Below are positions 19,521-24,000 of a DNA stretch of 24,000 nucleotides, in pieces (the first letter of the stretch is position 1; every line of letters begins with the position of its first letter). The stretch is from Firmicutes bacterium HGW-Firmicutes-2. GTDB lineage: Bacteria > Bacillota > Clostridia > Lachnospirales > Vallitaleaceae. The notes under the pieces are model-generated. The model ran no database searches and had not been told where the DNA came from. It saw nothing but the letters and a program-made list of their open reading frames with translations. Position numbers and translations under genes: made by a program. The stretch lies in assembly GCA_002841495.1 (NCBI GenBank), contig PGZV01000018.1, positions 25,612-49,611 on the forward strand. The letters run 5' to 3'.

Positions 19521-20359
19521 ATCAGAAGATCTTAGTGAATCAGATTATACCCTTTTCAAATGTAGACGGAGAAGGTAACCGGTGTAGTATTTTTGTTCAA
19601 GGCTGTCAGTTAAATTGCCTCTATTGCCATAACAGTGAGACGATTCAGACATGCAGAAATTGTGGTATTTGTATTGAGCATTGCCCCAGTCATGCATTAA
19701 GCTTTCAATCTAATCTCGTTATATATGAAGAAAGTCAATGTAGTCATTGTGATACGTGTATAATGGTATGTCCTTATCAATCAACACCAAAAGCAAAAGC
19801 ATATACTCAAGACGACCTCATGGCCAGGATAGAAATATATCGTCCATATATTAGAGGTGTAACTTTGTCTGGAGGCGAGCCTACACTTTATGCTGATTTT
19901 TTGACGGGGTTGGCACAAAAAATCAAAAAACTCGGGTTAACTGTATATATCGACTCTAACGGATTCTTTGACTTTGAAGCTACTTCACCATTAATTAATA
20001 TTGTTGATGGATTTTTGTTGGATATTAAAGCAGTCGATAACATCGAACATCTTTGTGGTATAAAAAGTCAGCTTCATTTAAAAAATCTAGAAAAGTTACT
20101 TGGAATTAATAAAGTTATAGAAGTTAGGACGGTGCTTTTAAATAAGCATATGGATCAGATGAATACGCTGAATCAGGTGGTAGATCGATTAGAAGGCTAT
20201 CCTCAGGTGCCTTATAGACTTATAAGAGCCCATGTTACAGGACTAAAAAAAGTGCAAGAGGCATATATCGGTGAGGCCATTATGACTGAGGAAGAATTTG
20301 TGGCTTACGGTGACTATTTGAACCAAAAAGGTTTTCATAACTTTAAGTTACAGAGATAA
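19517..20359 (+). CDS. yjjW: YjjW-type glycyl-radical enzyme activating enzyme (radical SAM)
   Basis: The GTG start overlaps the upstream stop (GTGA), which suggests translational coupling. The N-terminus, VDGEGNRCSIFVQGCQLNCLYCHN, carries the activase CX3CX2C motif. Two ferredoxin-like motifs follow: CRNCGICIEHCP and CSHCDTCIMVCP. The SAM-binding motif is LSGGEPTL. Confidence 0.85.
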   Translation: MNQKILVNQIIPFSNVDGEGNRCSIFVQGCQLNCLYCHNSETIQTCRNCGICIEHCPSHALSFQSNLVIYEESQCSHCDTCIMVCPYQSTPKAKAYTQDDLMARIEIYRPYIRGVTLSGGEPTLYADFLTGLAQKIKKLGLTVYIDSNGFFDFEATSPLINIVDGFLLDIKAVDNIEHLCGIKSQLHLKNLEKLLGINKVIEVRTVLLNKHMDQMNTLNQVVDRLEGYPQVPYRLIRAHVTGLKKVQEAYIGEAIMTEEEFVAYGDYLNQKGFHNFKLQR

Positions 20360-20421
20360 TGAAGGTATTATGATGTAGTCAATCTTAATATAGTTATTAA
20401 AAATTAGACAGGAGATGTGTT

Positions 20422-21948
20422 ATGGAATACGTAGTTGAAATGCTGAATATCACTAAAGAATTTCCAGGCATAAAAGCAAATGATGATGTAACCTTACGGG
20501 TTGAAAAAGGAGAAATCCATGCGTTGCTCGGAGAGAATGGTGCAGGTAAATCGACCTTAATGAGTGTATTATTTGGATTATATCAAGCAGAAAAAGGAAC
20601 CATAAGAATTCATGGTAAAGAAGTTGATATCAGCAATCCGAACGTGGCGAACAAGCATGGCATTGGAATGGTGCATCAACATTTTAAGCTTGTTCACAAT
20701 TTCACAGTAACTGAAAACATTATTTTAGGTTTAGAGCCTACTAAATCTTTCGGACGTATTGATATTGATAAAGCTGCTAAAAAAGTTATGGAAATTAGCC
20801 AAAAGTACGGGCTGAAAGTAGATCCTCATTCTAAAATCGAAGATATTACTGTAGGTATGCAACAAAGAGTAGAGATTCTAAAGATGCTATATAGAAACGC
20901 AGAAATCTTAATTTTTGACGAACCCACTGCTGTTTTAACACCTCAAGAAATAAAAGAATTAATGGGTATTATGCGCGAGTTGGTCAAAGAAGGAAAATCT
21001 ATTGTACTCATTACGCATAAGTTGAAAGAAATATCCATGGTAGCAGACCACTGTACGGTACTTAGAAGAGGTCGATATATAGGAACTGTTAAAGTTTCAG
21101 AGACCACAGAAGAAGAAATGGCTGAGATGATGGTAGGACGTGAAGTTAGCTTTGAAGTAGATAAAGTACCTGCTACGCCTTCTGATATTGTGTTGAAAAT
21201 TGAAAATCTTAATATTAAGAATTCAAGAAACCTTATGGCAGTCAAAAATCTTAATCTTGAAGTAAAGGCCGGAGAAATATTATGTGTTGCGGGAATAGAT
21301 GGTAATGGGCAATCAGAATTAATTAAAGGCATTACAGGGCTTACAAAAATTGAATCCGGCAAGATCTTATTTGACGGTCAGGATATTGCTCATGATTCCG
21401 TTAGAAATAGAACACTTAAGGGTATTGGACATATTCCAGAAGACAGACATAAATATGGACTGGTTTTAGATTTCTCATTAGAAGAAAATATGGCGCTTCA
21501 AAGTTATTTTCAAGAACCTTTGTCAAAAAATGGTATTTTACAACCGGAGGCACTTAGAAAACATTCTGACATTTTAATTGAAGAGTTTGATATTAGAAGT
21601 GGGCAAGGTAGTGTTACAAGTGCCAGATCTATGTCCGGAGGTAATCAGCAAAAAGCAATTATCGCCAGAGAAGTGGAACGTTCGCCTAGACTATTAATAG
21701 CAGCTCAACCAACGAGAGGACTGGATGTAGGTGCTATTGAATATATTCATCAACGTTTGGTGAGAGAACGGGATAGTGGGAAAGCTATTTTACTCATGTC
21801 TCTGGAGATGGAAGAAGTATTGAATCTATCCGACCGTATTGCTGTTATATATGAAGGTGAGATAGTCGGCATCGTTGATGCAACAAAAACTAATGAGAAC
21901 GAACTTGGTTTGATGATGGCCGGTTCAAGAAAGGGGAAAGTTGATTAA
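20422..21948 (+). CDS. ABC transporter ATP-binding protein with duplicated ATPase domains (NupO/RnsB-like, BMP-type nucleoside/sugar importer)
   Basis: 508 aa. Walker A motif GENGAGKST, signature-like VGMQQRVEI, Walker B ILIFDEPT. The second domain carries a degenerate P-loop (GIDGNGQSE), LSGGNQQK-like MSGGNQQKA and LLIAAQPTRGLD. An AGGAG RBS lies upstream. Confidence 0.93.
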   Translation: MEYVVEMLNITKEFPGIKANDDVTLRVEKGEIHALLGENGAGKSTLMSVLFGLYQAEKGTIRIHGKEVDISNPNVANKHGIGMVHQHFKLVHNFTVTENIILGLEPTKSFGRIDIDKAAKKVMEISQKYGLKVDPHSKIEDITVGMQQRVEILKMLYRNAEILIFDEPTAVLTPQEIKELMGIMRELVKEGKSIVLITHKLKEISMVADHCTVLRRGRYIGTVKVSETTEEEMAEMMVGREVSFEVDKVPATPSDIVLKIENLNIKNSRNLMAVKNLNLEVKAGEILCVAGIDGNGQSELIKGITGLTKIESGKILFDGQDIAHDSVRNRTLKGIGHIPEDRHKYGLVLDFSLEENMALQSYFQEPLSKNGILQPEALRKHSDILIEEFDIRSGQGSVTSARSMSGGNQQKAIIAREVERSPRLLIAAQPTRGLDVGAIEYIHQRLVRERDSGKAILLMSLEMEEVLNLSDRIAVIYEGEIVGIVDATKTNENELGLMMAGSRKGKVD

Positions 21949-21950
21949 TC

Positions 21951-23051
21951 ATGAAGAAATTTATCGATTTCATCACAAACGAGAAGAATCATAAGTTCGT
22001 CATCCCTGCAATTGCCATTTTTTTGGGTTTCTTTGTAGGATCAATTATCCTAATCCTAACAGGACAAAATCCGATTAAACTATTTACTTCTATCATTAGA
22101 GGCGTTCTTGGGATTGATATGAGCCGTATTGGAAGCGGAAGAAGTGTTTTTAACGCCAGATATGTTGGAGAATATTTTGTATTTGCTATGCCAATAATCT
22201 TAACAGGTCTGTCTGTGGCTTTTGCATTTAGAACAGGTTTGTTTAATATAGGTGCAGAAGGACAACTTTTAGTTGGTTCTTTTGCCTCTGTAGCAGCAGG
22301 GGTGACCCTAGACCTTCCCGGTGTTATATTACTACCGGTGGTTATTCTTTCAGGTACATTAGCTGGTGCTATATGGGGATTTGTACCGGGTATACTTAAA
22401 GCAAAGTTTAATGTGCATGAGGTTGTTGTCACCATCATGATGAATTATACAGCTTTATATTTAACCAATTATTACTTAAAACAGTTGCCAGGTAGTGATA
22501 ATGTAAAATCTATACCACTACCCGCCGGCGCTACCCTGAAAAGTGAGTTTTTGATTGAGATGACCAATAGATCTAGATTGCATTGGGGTTTTATTCTCGT
22601 TATTATTGCCATTTTCATATTTTGGTATATTATTGAAAAAACAACCTTTGGCTATGAGTTAAAAGCAGTTGGATATAACCCTCATGCAGCTAGATATGCA
22701 GGGATGAAAGTAGAGCGTAATGCGGCGTTATCTATGGCTATTGCAGGCGCGTTTTCCGGTCTAGCCGGAACGGTCATAGCTATTGGTACTTTTGGTTATG
22801 GTAGAGTACTAGGAAGTTTTGAGAATTATGGATTTGAAGGTATAGCCGTAGCTCTCGTTGGTGGTAACACAGCTCTTGGCTCTGTGTTTGGCGGGTTGTT
22901 GTTTGGCTCATTGAGCGCCGCGCAACCGGTCATGCAATCCAGTGGCATACCTAGAGATATTGCCATTATTATCAGTTCAACGATTATCTTATTTGTAGCG
23001 ATGCAAAATGGAATTAAAATTATTCTTAAACGTATAAAGGGGGCAAAGTAA
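21951..23051 (+). CDS. ABC transporter permease (NupP/YufP-like)
   Basis: 366-aa polytopic membrane protein. It begins 2 nt after the ATPase stop. The branched-chain/ribose-type permease core includes FNIGAEGQLLVGSF. Confidence 0.9.
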   Translation: MKKFIDFITNEKNHKFVIPAIAIFLGFFVGSIILILTGQNPIKLFTSIIRGVLGIDMSRIGSGRSVFNARYVGEYFVFAMPIILTGLSVAFAFRTGLFNIGAEGQLLVGSFASVAAGVTLDLPGVILLPVVILSGTLAGAIWGFVPGILKAKFNVHEVVVTIMMNYTALYLTNYYLKQLPGSDNVKSIPLPAGATLKSEFLIEMTNRSRLHWGFILVIIAIFIFWYIIEKTTFGYELKAVGYNPHAARYAGMKVERNAALSMAIAGAFSGLAGTVIAIGTFGYGRVLGSFENYGFEGIAVALVGGNTALGSVFGGLLFGSLSAAQPVMQSSGIPRDIAIIISSTIILFVAMQNGIKIILKRIKGAK

Positions 23052-23052
23052 T

Positions 23053-24000
23053 ATGGATATACTTTACTCAATGTTGGCTTTGACGTTAATCTACTCAACT
23101 CCGATTATTATTACAGCGATTGGCGGTATGTTCTCAGAGCGTAGTGGTGTTGCTAATATTGCTCTTGAAGGCATGATGATGATTGGTGGTTTTACAGCAG
23201 CTACAACCATTGTATTTTTGGAAGGAACAACCAGTTTTGCGCCATGGATGTCTTTGATGATTGGTGCGTTGGCCGGAGGTCTCATATCTGTTATTCACGC
23301 TTACTTAAGCATACACTTAAGTAGTGATCAGATTATATCAGGAACAGCTATTAATATTTTGGCAGGTGGCTTGACCATCTATTTGTCTCAGATTATTTTC
23401 GGACAACAAAGAACGGCAACCTTTAGACAAGGCTTTATTAAGAGAACCTATAGTGGTTTAAGTGAGATTCCAATTATTGGAAAAATCTTTTTTACGAATA
23501 TGTATCCAACTGTATTCTTGGCATTTGCATTGGTAATACTAAGTTGGTATATTCTCTATAAAACCCCCTTTGGTCTTAGATTAAGAGCAACAGGTGAGCA
23601 TCCTCATGCCGTAGACAGTATGGGTATCAGTGTTTATAAGATGCGTTATATCGGTGTTATTGTATCCGGATGTCTTGCGGGACTTGGTGGTGGGGTTATG
23701 GTATTGACCCAAGATACGCAATTCACGATTATGAGTATTCATGGTACTGGATTTATTGCTCTTGCAGCATTGATATTTGGTAAGTGGAGGCCCCTTGGTC
23801 TATTAAGTGCAAGTTTGTTCTTTGGCTTTTCACAGATACTAAGTATTTACTCAACCAGTATTGGTTTTTTATCGAAATTACCAATGGAGTATTTTAAAGC
23901 ACTACCATATATATTTACAATTGTGGCGTTGGTCGTATTTAGTAATAAAGCGGTTGGTCCAAAAGCTGTAGGCGAACCTTATGACAAAGGTCAAAGATAA
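23053..24000 (+). CDS. ABC transporter permease (NupQ/YufQ-like)
   Basis: 315-aa polytopic membrane protein. It begins 1 nt after the preceding stop. It contains SERSGVANIALEGMMMIGGF. The TAA stop falls exactly at 23998-24000. Confidence 0.9.
   Translation: MDILYSMLALTLIYSTPIIITAIGGMFSERSGVANIALEGMMMIGGFTAATTIVFLEGTTSFAPWMSLMIGALAGGLISVIHAYLSIHLSSDQIISGTAINILAGGLTIYLSQIIFGQQRTATFRQGFIKRTYSGLSEIPIIGKIFFTNMYPTVFLAFALVILSWYILYKTPFGLRLRATGEHPHAVDSMGISVYKMRYIGVIVSGCLAGLGGGVMVLTQDTQFTIMSIHGTGFIALAALIFGKWRPLGLLSASLFFGFSQILSIYSTSIGFLSKLPMEYFKALPYIFTIVALVVFSNKAVGPKAVGEPYDKGQR

Noticed and set aside
17997-20359. Horizontal-transfer signature for the yjjI/yjjW insert
   Set aside because: By eye, base composition and codon style match the flanking transporter genes. 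I saw no flanking repeats, integrase or tRNA. I cannot compute GC or k-mer statistics here, so no claim is made.
20943-23285. Minus-strand ORFs inside the ABC ATPase and permease genes: 20943-21362 (139 aa), 21989-22438 (149 aa), 22826-23098 and 23091-23285
   Set aside because: Despite their length, they are antisense to conserved transporter genes. They are Pro/Ser/Thr/Ile-rich, as expected for the reverse frames of membrane-protein genes.

Overview
This window is the chromosomal replication-origin region of a low-GC Firmicute, probably Clostridia-like given the AT-rich sequence and an SLH-domain protein. Gene orientation flips at the origin. On the minus strand to the left are mnmE (3' end off-window), jag, yidC, yidD, rnpA and rpmH. 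A roughly 730-bp oriC/dnaA-promoter region follows, carrying four perfect TTATCCACA DnaA boxes. On the plus strand to the right are dnaA, a second DnaA-box/AT-rich region, dnaN, yaaA, recF, gyrB and gyrA. Downstream lie a secreted CAP+SLH protein, a two-subunit class I Fe-S fumarate/tartrate hydro-lyase, and a BMP-family (NupNOPQ/PnrA-like) nucleoside ABC transporter operon. Most of the window is ordinary housekeeping. I saw no rRNA, tRNA, CRISPR array or mobile element. Five things deserve a second look. (1) A short YjjI-family glycyl-radical enzyme and its YjjW-type radical-SAM activase sit between the binding-protein gene and the ATPase/permease genes of the nucleoside transporter. The function of this family is unknown to my knowledge, and the pair has its own structured leader. 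This is the best candidate for an undescribed system. (2) gyrA as given is broken: about 25 conserved codons near the 5' end are missing and the frame shifts. (3) A perfect 48-bp palindrome lies in the dnaA leader. (4) The dnaA-dnaN spacer has a layout resembling a DnaA-box plus DnaA-trio unwinding element. (5) A near-copy of the trio-like motif sits immediately upstream of the dnaA RBS.
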